Source: Aureliella sp.
GTDB taxonomy: Bacteria > Planctomycetota > Planctomycetia > Pirellulales > Pirellulaceae
DNA: 64,000 nucleotides
NCBI GenBank assembly: GCA_963691875.1
Contig: OY829846.1
Span: 2,560,001 to 2,624,000, forward strand
Direction of reading: 5' to 3'
The notes under the pieces are model-generated. The model was not told where the DNA came from. It was given only the letters and a program-made list of their open reading frames with translations, and did no database searches. Position numbers and translations under genes: made by a program. Positions 20,594 through 31,306 of the stretch are shown here, one piece after another. Positions within the stretch are counted from its first letter, which is position 1. Every line of letters begins with the position of its first letter.

Positions 20594-21121
20594 CTACAAA
20601 AACGCGCCAGCCGCGCCGAGGGACATAAAAGTCCAATTTGCTGTCCAGCCGAGCCAGGATCCCAAGTGATAAGCAAGAATAGAAATTGAGAAATCTCGCC
20701 TCTTGATGCGGCGCACATTAAGAACCAGTAAAAAGATCCCGTACGGAAGTCCACCGATAGCCAGGAGAGCGCATAAGACTGCCAGATCATCATCGAACAT
20801 GCGCTCATCACGAACTAATACAATCAGGGCCTCAAAAATAATAATAGAAACGTTCATCCCAGTCGGAAACCAGACGTCATACGACTTAGGAGCCCGTAAG
20901 AGACTCAAAACGAAACACACTACCACGGTGTAAAGACTGAAACTTAAGACTTGAGGAATCGGGTCAATGCTGCTGTTTGTTTCTGATACCGTTACGACGG
21001 TGAGGGCACCAGCAGCAACGGCGGTCCACAACAGCATCTTTCCAATGGAAAATTGGGGCTGGCGCTCCTCGTATCCCGGCGGTGTCGTGGACGTTTCTAG
21101 ATTGTCTCGGGAGTCTTTCAT
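20594..21121 (-). CDS. Hypothetical multi-pass membrane protein
   Basis: Planctomycete-type QFSIGKMLLWTAVAA leader; about 5 hydrophobic segments. Confidence 0.65.
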   Translation of the reverse strand: MKDSRDNLETSTTPPGYEERQPQFSIGKMLLWTAVAAGALTVVTVSETNSSIDPIPQVLSFSLYTVVVCFVLSLLRAPKSYDVWFPTGMNVSIIIFEALIVLVRDERMFDDDLAVLCALLAIGGLPYGIFLLVLNVRRIKRRDFSISILAYHLGSWLGWTANWTFMSLGAAGAFL

Positions 21122-21276
21122 GGTTTTACATTTAACAGTAGTGTAGCTGCTGGAAGTGCCCAAGAATCGCAGGCGTTTAACAAAGATGTATGATTCGCGT
21201 GAGGAGCTTACCCGATGGCAAAACGCATCTCTGTAACGGATTAAATCGTGCGCACAGAGATTTGAAAGGTGGTCCT

Positions 21277-22688
21277 TGAACTGTCAGGAAATGTTTTGCG
21301 AACGAAACCTAGCACCACAGGGAACCACCGATGGCTAGTTTACCAGAGTAATTGGCGAAGACCGGCGTGATCAAGATCGACGAGCGTCAGCTTTGAAGTC
21401 ATGTAGACAAAGTGGTACGGAGCCCCTTAGAGGAGACTTTGAATAGTCTATTTGAAGCTGAAGCGGATCAGCTGAATGGAGCGAAGAAGAATGAGCGAGC
21501 AGCGGACCGCGTTGATACGCGAGCAGGTAGCTACACTCGGAAGCTTCAGACGAAAATCGAAGAAGTGAAGTTGAAAGTCCCACGGCTTCGGAAGCTGCCA
21601 GTGGACACGCAGATTATCGAGTGTTACAAGCGACGCGAAACGAGCGTTGAGGAGGCATTAGTCGAGATACATCTCGAAGGTATTTCGGCTCGTCGTGTTG
21701 AGGATATCACCGAAGATCTTTTTGGGGTTTTGAGTGCGCGCGAGTACCGTTAGCGAACTGAACCAGAAGATCTACAAGCGGATCGAACACTTGCATAACC
21801 GCCGACCGAATAAATACACCTTAGTGCACCCAGACGGCAGCTAGGCCGCAGCGTTAAAAAAGTCTCGTTGTAAGTTGCGATCGGTGTAAATTCAGACGAT
21901 TTCCGTGAGATCACCGGCGTTTGCGAAGAGCTTAAGGAGGATAAAGAAAGCTGGTGCAAGTTCCTTCCCCACTTGAAGGAGCGTGGGCTAGATGGAGTCG
22001 AGTTGGCTCTATCCGACGAGAGCTTGGGACTAGTGGAATCGTTGCCGGACTTTTCCCGAAGGCATAGTGGCAGCGTTGCGTTACCCACTGGTATCGAAAC
22101 GTACTTAGCGACGTTCCAAAACGCTTGACGGAGGACGTAGTCGCGATGCTTAAAGCGATTCACACTCAAGTAGACCGGGCCGCAGCAGACCAGAAAGTTG
22201 CAGTGGTCGTTGGAAAACCTCGCAGCATGAAGTTGGAGAAAGCAGCCAGCTGCGTCGAAGAGGGAGCATCACAAACGTTGAGCTACATTCTCTTCCCGCG
22301 AGCCCATTGGACGCGTATCCGCACGAAAAACACCTTGGAACCTATCATGAGAGAGCCGCAGGCGGACCCGCGTAGTTGGTGCGTTCCCTGAAGGCAACTC
22401 TGCAATGATGTTGGTTGCAGCTCCGCTGCGACACATCGTCGAAACGAAGTGGTGTTACCGGACTTACCTCGTCATGAACCGCCTAAAAGAAGAACGGATG
22501 ATTGAGAAAGCGGCAAGCTAACCTCAGCTCGGGCTCGAGAAAAGAGGGCCCTCTATCCCGCCTTAGCCATCGATTCGACCTGGTAAACCATGAAGGCCGA
22601 TGAGATGGCGATGGCGAAAGGGGCTTATCGAAAGCAGTTCAAGGACAAACCATCAAAATTGAATGTACGCAACTTGACGGACACGACC
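21277..22688 (+). mobile_element. Degenerate IS256-family element (transposase pseudogene about 21331-22521)
   Basis: EETLNSLFEAEADQL...DTRAGSYTRKLQT...LKVPRLR...YKRRETSVEEALVEIHLEGISARRVEDITE; FPRAHWTRIRTKNTLE; many frameshifts; imperfect terminal inverted repeats (ends approximate). Confidence 0.85.
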
Positions 22689-22779
22689 GGCGATGTGGCT
22701 GGGAGGGGTGAGTGAGTACCGCGATTTTGAGTCTTGTGACAAAACTTAGCCACGAAGCTTTCGATTCATGAGCCCAAGT

Positions 22780-22925
22780 GAGTCCCATAGCTGGAATGCG
22801 TGACGAAATTGCAAAACAGCTGTTTTGCCGGTGTTTCGAACAAAACCAACAAAGCCCGCCGACTTTCATCGACGAGCTTTTCCAAAGAGCGGCAGGTTGC
22901 AAGCGTCAACACAAACCGAAGTTAA
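22780..22925 (+). repeat. Island-end-like dispersed repeat, copy 1
   Basis: aaaacagc..ccggtgtttcgaa..caaagcccg..cgac..gctttt..caggttg..gtcaacacaaaccga shared with 24732-24887. Confidence 0.75.
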
Positions 22926-23123
22926 GCGGCCACATGGATTCGAAATGGGGCGCCTGGATTTTTGCGGTCTTCAACGAGTTTCACGTGCGGGTTACGAATT
23001 TTAATGCACAAACTGGGGAAGAATATCGTAGATTTAATCTACTCTGGTACAGAGTGTGCCAACTGGAGGTTTTGAATTGATACCGGCAATTGGTGCTGGC
23101 TGGCGAGAAAGTAAAACTACATC

Positions 23124-24505
23124 ATGAATCAATATTCGATGAAGCAAACCGCAGCAATTTCTTTTTTGTTGTTGAACTCAATGCTGACGGGCGCCCATGC
23201 ACAAAATGTCACGAAAACAGAAGCTGCTATCGCCGAGGAGGCATACCTTTATCTGTACCCATTAGTTCTGATGGATATTACGCGTCTTCAATCAATTAAT
23301 ACCGACCCGAAGGTAAGTCCAGTTGGTGGGCCTGCTAATGCGTTCACGCACATACGCGCGCCTATCCGGACGCAAACTTACGAACCGTGGTTCGACCAAA
23401 CTTTGATACGCTTTACTCGTCTGGATGGCTAGATTTGACCAGAGGGCCGGTGATCCTCTCCACTGAAGACACCAACGGACGCTATTTTCTGTTGCCGATG
23501 CTGGACATGTGGACGGATGTGTTTGCGGTCCCCGGCAAGCGTACAAATGGCACGACTGCTGCGAACTTTGCGGTAGTCCCACCCGGGTGGCAGGGAAAAC
23601 TCCCAGAAAAAGTCGAACGCATCGAAGCTCCAACGCCTTATGTATGGATCATCGGAAGAACTCAAGCAAATGGCCCAAAAGATTATCCAGCTGTCAATAA
23701 AATCCAGGATGGCTACAAAATCACTCGCCTTGAAGACTGGGGTAAAAAACCCAGGAATACCGTGCAACAAATTGATCGCAACATCGATACGAAGACTGAG
23801 CCGATGAAGCAGGTTGAAACGATGTCTGCAGTGGAATATTTCACGTACGGAGCAAGGCTCATGAAAGTTAATCCTCCTCATAGATCGGACTGGTCGATGG
23901 TGGCTCGGATGAAACGCATTGGCTTAGAACCGGGTAAATTCGAAAACAAACTTAGCGGAGCTCCCCTTGAGGTTGCTAAAGGTAATGCTCTGAAGCTGAT
24001 GAAATCAAAACTGCCAACTCTGGCTAAAGTCAAGAATGGCTGGCAGATGAATACTGATACGGTGGGCGTTTACGGAAACTACTATTTGAAAAGAGCTATC
24101 GTCGCGCAGGTAGGGTTGGGAGCCAACCAACCAGAAGATGCAATTTATCCGTTGGCACTTGCAGACTCCGAGGGAAAGCCGATCGTCGGCGAAGGAAACT
24201 ATATTCTCCATTTCGAAAAGGAGGAGTTGCTTCCTGCGAACGCATTTTGGTCGCTCACGATGTATGACGCTGAGGGGTTCCAAGTAGCCAATCAACTCAA
24301 CCGCTTCGCTATCGGTGATCGCGATGATCTAGAATATAACGATGACGGTTCGCTGGACCTGTATATTCAACACAAGCGTCCAGGAGCCGAAAAGGTCTCC
24401 AATTGGCTGCCAGCTCCGGCAAGTGGCACCATGCGACTTTATGCTCCACAAGCAGCGTCATTAGATGGCAGGTGGGTTCCGCCTGCAATCAAGCGGGTCA
24501 AGTAA
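23124..24505 (+). pseudogene. DUF1254/DUF1214 protein with a frameshift at a (CG)3 run (about 23355-23362)
   Basis: AIAEEAYLYLYPLVLM...FTHIRA then shifted frame YPDANLRTVVRPNFDTLYSSGWLDL; AFWSLTMYD, DGSLDLYIQ, NWLPAP. Confidence 0.85.
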
Positions 24506-24731
24506 TCCAGTTTGGATGAGACTTGGTCGGTGCATTCTCGCTAACTTTCGTTAGTTGGTCGGCGAACTAAGATGATAAAGACAATCGTTCCACTCACCCT
24601 TAAGTCGTCACCAAGGTATCCACAACCGGTTTCTACAGGCGAGTCGCGTGACGCATCCTGATACCGAGTTCCGCGAGTTCGAGCCTCTTTGGAGAATTGA
24701 GCTCTCAGAAATTTGGTTTTGGAGTGACAGT

Positions 24732-24887
24732 GAGTCCCGCAATTGACATATGCTGCCAACTTCGAAAACAGCATTTTTCACCGGTGTTTCGAAGAAAACG
24801 TACAAAGCCCGTCGACCGTTTTAGACGGGCTTTTTGAAAGATGGTCAGGTTGTAACTGTCAACACAAACCGAGGTGGAGGCGGCGGG
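24732..24887 (+). repeat. Island-end-like repeat, copy 2, ending in a 14-bp duplicate of the ssrA 3' end (att site)
   Basis: gtggaggcggcggg at 24874-24887 is identical to 32930-32943; aaagcccgtc...gacgggcttt hairpin. Confidence 0.75.
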
Positions 24888-25339
24888 CTCCCAGAGAACC
24901 GTTCACAACCCCCGCTTTTGCTGGGATTCACGACAACGCGACTTTCTAATTGGCCCCTCGAATGGACTTCATTGGCCACCGAACTGGAGCTATTGCTTGT
25001 CCGTTTGAAAGCATGCCAACCTGAGAACAGCACCGCCGCTCGACGGGGTCACTCCCGCAGCCCGCTGGCACTGGTCAGGCTAAGACTCCTGACAACGACG
25101 AGTACTCGCGCGGTAAAGCTCCAATGTCTCGGTAAACAGTAGGATTGTACCTCCGGCCCTATCGGGATCGTCATCCTAAGCCAATTGGAAGAACTCCAAA
25201 CAACAATACGCCTCAGATTTTCACGAAGGCAGGTCAAGAAGCTTGATCTCATCTTGGCGCCGATCCGCATCAATGGAGGCGTCCGGCGGGGAAACGCGAA
25301 TTTTCGCCGTCCTGAATCCAACCCAATCGCCGTGAAGTG

Positions 25340-28300
25340 TTATCCGTCATTCGGGCGAGTTGCTAACTTCTCCTCAATCAGCTTGGTTGCGTCCTCAAGT
25401 TTGTATGGCTTTGACAGCATGATTATGCTGCCCTTCACCTGCGACGTTGACTTCACGACCTGTTCTGAATAGCCTGTCGCTATAGCAGTCACAACATGCG
25501 GGTAATGGGCCGTCACGTAATCCACGAGTTCCAATCCGTCCATCTCCCCGGGCATCACCAGATCGGACAACAGGACATCAATTGCTCCGTCACATTTTTT
25601 GATGCAATCAATAGCCTCTGCAGCGTCACTGGCGCTCAGAACTTCATAGCCACTCCGAACAAACCACCTCGTCAAAAGCCTCTGGTTTGCAGGTTCATCG
25701 TCGACGACCAGTATGGTCGCTTTCGTGTGCCCCAACTTGCCAGAATCGACCGGTTTCGTCTTCTTACCAGACGGCAGCAAGAGACCAATCGTAGTCCCAA
25801 TCCCCGGCGTACTGTCAATCGTCAGCAATCCCCCCGACTGTTCCACGAATCCAGATACAGAACTTAGCCCCAAGCCAGATCCTTTACCGGTCGCCTTTGT
25901 CGTATAAAAAGGCTCGGTGACGTGCGGTAAATCCGACGCTGAAATTCCACACCCGTCATCACTGACCTCGATCAGAACCATCTCTGTCCCGGATTTCAGA
26001 TCGGCCGTTGCTGATGCACCATCATCATTGTCATTGTCAGCGCATGGAGTCTCCGCGTACCGACCAGTGATTGTAATCACGCCTCTTTTCTTCATTGCGT
26101 CTTTTGCATTCAGGCATAGATTCAACAATGCTGTCTCAAATTGTTGTTTATCCACCATCACCGACAGAGATGAAGGTACATCAATACGGAAGGTGACCGT
26201 CGCACCCAGCATCCGCGCCAAAGAACGCACGAAGCTATCTAGAAGAAAATTCAGATTATGACTCGATGGTGTGAGCGTTTGCTGTCGCGAGAATGCCAAC
26301 AGACTTTGTATCAACTTAGACCCATTACGAGCAGCTTCTAACGCTTCGTCGACGAACTCCATGGTTTCCGGGTCGTCAGTCGCGATTAATGAAAGATTAC
26401 CAGTAATCACTTGCAGGAGATTATTGAAGTCGTGAGCAATCCCACCAGTTAGCCCTCCAAAGGCGGCAAGCCTGGCCGCCTGCTGATTCTTCGCCTCCTG
26501 CGCTTTAAGTTTCGTGATATCCTGACCAACACCGACCACGCCGACGATCTGTCCAACCTCATCGCGTCGTGAAGTTGAGTTCAGCAGCACATCCACACGG
26601 TTTCCATCTTTCGTATAAAGCGGAAACTCGTAATTAGCCGTCTGCACACCAGCTAAGGCGTTGTCCAGTACATCCTTCACAGACGATTTGAAATCGTCCG
26701 TAATGAACTCAGCGACGAGGTCACGTCCCATCACTTCAGCTTTTTCATAACCAGTGATGCGCGCGGCTGTCTGATTCCACTCGTTCACACGACCATTCGC
26801 ATCGATACCAAAAATCGGAGCATTCGCCGTGTCGATCAGCGAAAGCAAATCAGTCGCCACACGCTCCCGCTCAAGCCGAACCTGATTCAGTTTCGTGATA
26901 TCCTGACCAACACCGACCACGCCGACGATCTGTCCAACCTCATCGCGTCGTGAAGTTGAGTTCAGCAGCACATCTACACGGTTTCCATCTTTCGTATAAA
27001 GCGGAAACTCGTAATTAGCCGTCTGCACACCAGCTAAGGCGTTGTCCAGTACATCCTTCACAGACGATTTGAAATCGTCCGTAATGAACTCAGCGACGAG
27101 GTCACGTCCCATCACTTCAGCTTTTTCATAACCAGTGATGCGCGCGGCTGTCTGATTCCACTCGTTCACACGACCATTCGCATCGATACCAAAAATCGGA
27201 GCATTCGCCGTGTCGATCAGCGAAAGCAAATCAGTCGCCACACGCTCCCGCTCAAGCCGAACCTGATTCAGTTTCGTGATATCCTGACCAACACCGACCA
27301 CGCCGACGATCTGTCCAACCTCATCGCGTCGTGAAGTTGAGTTCAGCAGCACATCTACACGGTTTCCATCTTTCGTATAAAGCGGAAACTCGTAATTAGC
27401 CGTCTGCACACCAGCTAAGGCGTTGTCCAGTACATCCTTCACAGACGATTTGAAATCGTCCGTAATGAACTCAGCGACGAGGTCACGTCCCATCACTTCA
27501 GCTTTTTCATAACCAGTGATGCGCGCGGCTGTCTGATTCCACTCGTTCACACGACCATTCGCATCGATACCAAAAATCGGAGCATTCGCCGTGTCGATCA
27601 GCGAAAGCAAATCAGTCGCCACACGCTCCCGCTCAAGCCGAACCTGATTCAGTTTCGTGATATCCTGACCAACACCGACCACGCCGACGATCTGTCCAAC
27701 CTCATCGCGTCGTGAAGTTGAGTTCAGCAGCACATCTACACGGTTTCCATCTTTCGTATAAAGCGGAAACTCGTAATTAGCCGTCTGCACACCAGCTAAG
27801 GCGTTGTCCAGTACATCCTTCACAGACGATTTGAAATCGTCCGTAATGAACTCAGCTACGAGGTCACGCCCCATCACTTCAGCTTTTTCATAACCAGTGA
27901 TGCGCGCGGCTGTCTGATTCCACTCGTTCACACGACCATTCGCATCGATACCAAAAATCGGAGCATTCGCCGTGTCGATCAGCGAAAGCAAATCAGTCGC
28001 CACACGTTCTCGCTCAAGCCGAACCTGATTCAGTTCCGTGATATCCTGCCCAACACCCAACACGCCGACGATCTGTCCAACCTCATCGCGTCGTGAAGTC
28101 GAGTTCAGCAGCACATCCACACGGTTTCCATCTTTCGTATAAAGCGGAAACTCGTAATTAGCCGTCTGTTCACCAGCTAAGGCGTTGTCCAGTACATCCT
28201 TCACAGACGATTTAAAATCGTCCGTAATGAACTCAGCGACGAGGTCACGTCCCATCACTTCAGCTTTTTCATAACCGGTGATGCGCGCGGCTGTCTGATT

Positions 28301-28516
28301 CCACTCGTTCACACGCCCGTCTCTATCAACTCCAACGATGGGAGCATTCGACGTGTCGATGACTCGAAGCAGCGTTTCGGCGAGGTCGTGGTGTGCAAGT
28401 TTCGGTTTCATCGAGGAACTCTTTGGAAGACAAGTGGCCATATCGTTTCCGGTGGAAATGATATTCGATCGGCCCTTGCCTGCAGTGTGTATCAAGAAGC
28501 GCTGTAGCTCTGCCAC
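25340..28516 (-). CDS. Cytoplasmic hybrid sensor histidine kinase: 5x PAS, HisKA, HATPase and receiver domains
   Basis: GGIAHDFNNLL H-box; NLCLNAKDAM; DDGCG, EPFYTTK, GSGLGLS; receiver ILVVDDE...LLSDLVMPG...KPY; real start may be 28411. Confidence 0.93.
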   Translation of the reverse strand: MAELQRFLIHTAGKGRSNIISTGNDMATCLPKSSSMKPKLAHHDLAETLLRVIDTSNAPIVGVDRDGRVNEWNQTAARITGYEKAEVMGRDLVAEFITDDFKSSVKDVLDNALAGEQTANYEFPLYTKDGNRVDVLLNSTSRRDEVGQIVGVLGVGQDITELNQVRLERERVATDLLSLIDTANAPIFGIDANGRVNEWNQTAARITGYEKAEVMGRDLVAEFITDDFKSSVKDVLDNALAGVQTANYEFPLYTKDGNRVDVLLNSTSRRDEVGQIVGVVGVGQDITKLNQVRLERERVATDLLSLIDTANAPIFGIDANGRVNEWNQTAARITGYEKAEVMGRDLVAEFITDDFKSSVKDVLDNALAGVQTANYEFPLYTKDGNRVDVLLNSTSRRDEVGQIVGVVGVGQDITKLNQVRLERERVATDLLSLIDTANAPIFGIDANGRVNEWNQTAARITGYEKAEVMGRDLVAEFITDDFKSSVKDVLDNALAGVQTANYEFPLYTKDGNRVDVLLNSTSRRDEVGQIVGVVGVGQDITKLNQVRLERERVATDLLSLIDTANAPIFGIDANGRVNEWNQTAARITGYEKAEVMGRDLVAEFITDDFKSSVKDVLDNALAGVQTANYEFPLYTKDGNRVDVLLNSTSRRDEVGQIVGVVGVGQDITKLKAQEAKNQQAARLAAFGGLTGGIAHDFNNLLQVITGNLSLIATDDPETMEFVDEALEAARNGSKLIQSLLAFSRQQTLTPSSHNLNFLLDSFVRSLARMLGATVTFRIDVPSSLSVMVDKQQFETALLNLCLNAKDAMKKRGVITITGRYAETPCADNDNDDGASATADLKSGTEMVLIEVSDDGCGISASDLPHVTEPFYTTKATGKGSGLGLSSVSGFVEQSGGLLTIDSTPGIGTTIGLLLPSGKKTKPVDSGKLGHTKATILVVDDEPANQRLLTRWFVRSGYEVLSASDAAEAIDCIKKCDGAIDVLLSDLVMPGEMDGLELVDYVTAHYPHVVTAIATGYSEQVVKSTSQVKGSIIMLSKPYKLEDATKLIEEKLATRPNDG
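26509..28316 (-). repeat. 381-bp (127-aa) near-identical PAS tandem repeat, about 5 copies
   Basis: Anchor gttt/ccgtgatatcctg recurs at 26509, 26890, 27271, 27652 and 28033. Confidence 0.97.
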
Positions 28517-28629
28517 AGGTGTCGCATCGGTGCAACACTATCTCGCGATGGGTTTGTGATTCTTAAGAGCATATCTCAACGGAAATTTTAGAAGCGTTCG
28601 GTGAGCTGACCAGTCTTAATAATATGACT

Positions 28630-28885
28630 TCACACAAAGTAACCGTACAAAGCTGTCTTCGATGGGCCTCGCGGTCGCTCTCCAAAATTCCGTGAATCGC
28701 CGGGAAAACCGAACTCGCTTCGGTCCGCGTTTTTCGTCAGACGATTCCCCAGAAGCTCCGTGTGACCAAGAATCTTCTCCAGCTTGTCCCAGTGAATTCC
28801 GTGCTCCGCACACACCTTCCACAGGCTGAGCTCGCCGCTGAGAACACGGCGGCGAATCTTACTTCACTGCTCGATGTCTATATCC
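28630..28885 (-). mobile_element. IS21-family istA N-terminal remnant
   Basis: DIEQ*SKIRRRVLSGELSLWKVCAEHGIHWDKLEKILGH resembles planctomycete IS21 transposase N-termini. Confidence 0.6.
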
Positions 28886-29170
28886 CACTTGTCCCCACAG
28901 CAGTCTGATCAGAGTCGTCTGGAAATCTCGATACCCTGAACCAACTTCTGAAGGTGATCATCCGTACGCTACGTTTTAAAACCGACTGCACTTCCCGCCC
29001 GGCGCAAAGTTTTCTCTATCCCTTTTGAACCCGATGGAATTCCGCGGGAAGTGATGGGAGAAGGCGCGGGTTTGCTGGTCTTTTGGCACTCGTGCCGTCC
29101 GCTGAAAGTCGTCAGACGGCCAAGTGCCGAGAGAGTGGCCGCAACATGACAAAGCACCGAATAGTACATA

Positions 29171-29550
29171 ATGGCAAAACAGGTGCAGATGGAGGCAGCC
29201 TCAATAACTCGCAATGGGATTAGTGGGAATGGGTTCGCAGTCAGCGTTCGAGAGCCTTTGAAATTCAAAATCGGACGACCACGCATTGGCAGCGGCGATT
29301 GCCCCTGCATGGAAGAGGCAGGAAGAACTCGAGTCGGTAGAAGACGCAACAGTTGAGGAACTGGCTTCTGCGAAAAAGATCGACGTTAGCATACGCACGT
29401 CGAATGTTCCGCCTCAATTCGCTGGCTCCAGATATCGTCGAGGCGATTTTACAAAACGACGCGCCCGATCAGCCCAGTTTACGAACTCTGCTTCTCGGGA
29501 TTCCGTTGTGTCGGGAAGAGCAGCGAAGACGTTTGCTTAACTCAGATTGA
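29171..29550 (+). pseudogene. Frameshifted small gene of the type associated with serine-recombinase integrative elements
   Basis: LAAAIAPAWKRQEELES...TVEELASAKKIDVS / YARRMFRLNSLAPDIVEAILQ...IPLCREEQRRRL; the LAPDIVEAIL...WxEQ motif is typical of such elements. Confidence 0.6.
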
Positions 29551-29825
29551 GACCGTACGGGACAATTTATTGGATCAAGCAGGGGCATTCCTGAATCACG
29601 CGGGATCGGGATTTTCGCTTCAACAAACGTGGTCCAGCAGCTTCTGGTATGCGGGTCCGAAAGGTCCCATGTTCCAGTTGCTTTCTTCGTGTTGGGTCAA
29701 CGAACCGTTGTCGCATACCCACGAAAAAAAACACCCAGCGCCTACACTTATTCTTGATTTTGCCCGAATCGGTAATTAGCAGAGAGTCGTGGGCAGGAGT
29801 GTTTCAGCAATTTCCCTCATCTTGA

Positions 29826-30413
29826 ATGGTTCTGAGGATGAAGACGTTAACTTACTCGATTTTGTTTGTCATTGCGTTTGCATTTGCGGCTCCGGTTACC
29901 GCCGATATTGTCACCTATGACCTGTCAGCATCTGGCTTCAACAACGGCTCAACCGTGGTTGGCACCCTGAGTCTGGATTTGGATCTCGTGGCCGATGCCA
30001 CGGATATTTCGATCGCAGAACTGAACGTTTTCGCCACCTACAATTTGGGAGTGAATTATTCCACCACCAATTTCGTCTTGAACGAGGCGAATTCCACGCT
30101 CGATTTATTTGGCAGTGGGGCGATCGCGGCATCTACCAGTGAGTTGACGTTTGATATTTCGAACGGAGGAATTGGAATCAGGTTCGACGATGACGCCAGC
30201 ATCGGTGCGGACACGCTGTCGTTCCTAGATTTTGGCGACTCGATTCTCCGGATTGGCAACACAACAGGGGGCGCAAATTTGGACGAAAAGAATTTGGGGG
30301 CGATCAGTCCCTCGTTCACGTTTAGTAACTCCGTTGTTCCGGAACCGTCGTCACTGGTCCTCTGCGGTCTGGGCGGCGTTTTTGTCGCGTTCCGCCGAAG
30401 AAGAATTCGGTAA
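29826..30413 (+). CDS. PEP-CTERM sorting domain protein
   Basis: Signal peptide; C-terminal VPEPSSLVLCGLGGVFVAFRRRRIR. Confidence 0.9.
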   Translation: MVLRMKTLTYSILFVIAFAFAAPVTADIVTYDLSASGFNNGSTVVGTLSLDLDLVADATDISIAELNVFATYNLGVNYSTTNFVLNEANSTLDLFGSGAIAASTSELTFDISNGGIGIRFDDDASIGADTLSFLDFGDSILRIGNTTGGANLDEKNLGAISPSFTFSNSVVPEPSSLVLCGLGGVFVAFRRRRIR

Positions 30414-30544
30414 TTACAGCGACCGCTCCGGCAAGCGATTTGATGTCAGCAAGTTAACAGAGAGAAGTGGGCTTCCCGTGGTCTGCTTCGTCCGTGTCGC
30501 TGCGCTGCTTGAGTTTACCTTCCTTCGATCTCGGTTCATCATAC

Positions 30545-31216
30545 TTAATTCGGTCGCTGCTCCGCCGAGTTCGAATTCGTCGTCGAATTCGCGGACTCAG
30601 TCTTTCTTAAGTGTAAAGTCGATAGATTCGTTTCGCGTTGACGTTCCAACCTTCTCGCTTGAGCAGAGTGTGGAGTCGTCGATACCCAGAATGCAAGCGA
30701 GTCGCTGCGAGTTCCCGCAGACGCATTCGTAAAGCGGCCTGATCGTCTTTCATGGATTTGTATCGATACGTAGAAAGACCCAAGCCAACCAACTCGCAGG
30801 TGCGCCGCTCGCTTATCTCGTAACAGCACGTGTCCCCATCGACACATTCACGAGGCCGAGCAGGCCTCAGAGCTTTTTTGACAGAAAATCCTGAAGGAGC
30901 TGTTTATCTAAACTCAAGTCAGTAACCAATGACTTAAGACGCTTGTTCTCTTCTTCTAAAGACTTCAGCCGCAGCAGTTCCTCCGTGCCCAGCCCGGCAA
31001 ACTTCTTCTTCCATCGATGGAATGTCGGCTGGCCGCCCCCGAGCTTGCGACACACTTCCTCAACTGGCGTTCCCGAATGCGCCTGCCTCACTGCAAAGGC
31101 GATTTGCTGATCCGCAAATTTTGATTTCTTCAGGGTCAGCAAATCCGGTGGAACGACGGCCAAATCCTACCCGCTTTTTCTCACTTCAGATCAATCAGTT
31201 TTTTGAGCGCAGGCCA
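30545..31216 (-). mobile_element. Truncated IS3-family element (left IR, orfA, partial orfB)
   Basis: TG-initiated end at 31216; OrfA KKSKFADQQIAFAVRQ...LKSLEEENKRLKSLVTDLSLDK; AAAAAAG slippery site 30873-30879; OrfB GYRRLHTLLKREGWNVNAKRIYRLY. Confidence 0.85.
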
Positions 31217-31306
31217 ACCTTTGCTCGCCAGTCCTGCAGTTGAGCTAGCCAAATCCATCAGCAATTGGAAATGCAACCATGACCATTCGGTGATTCCGTA
31301 CCGCAA

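Noticed and set aside
26509..28316. LOV photoreceptor or DGR template/variable repeat
   Set aside because: No NCRFLQ motif; differences are not adenine-specific; no reverse transcriptase gene.
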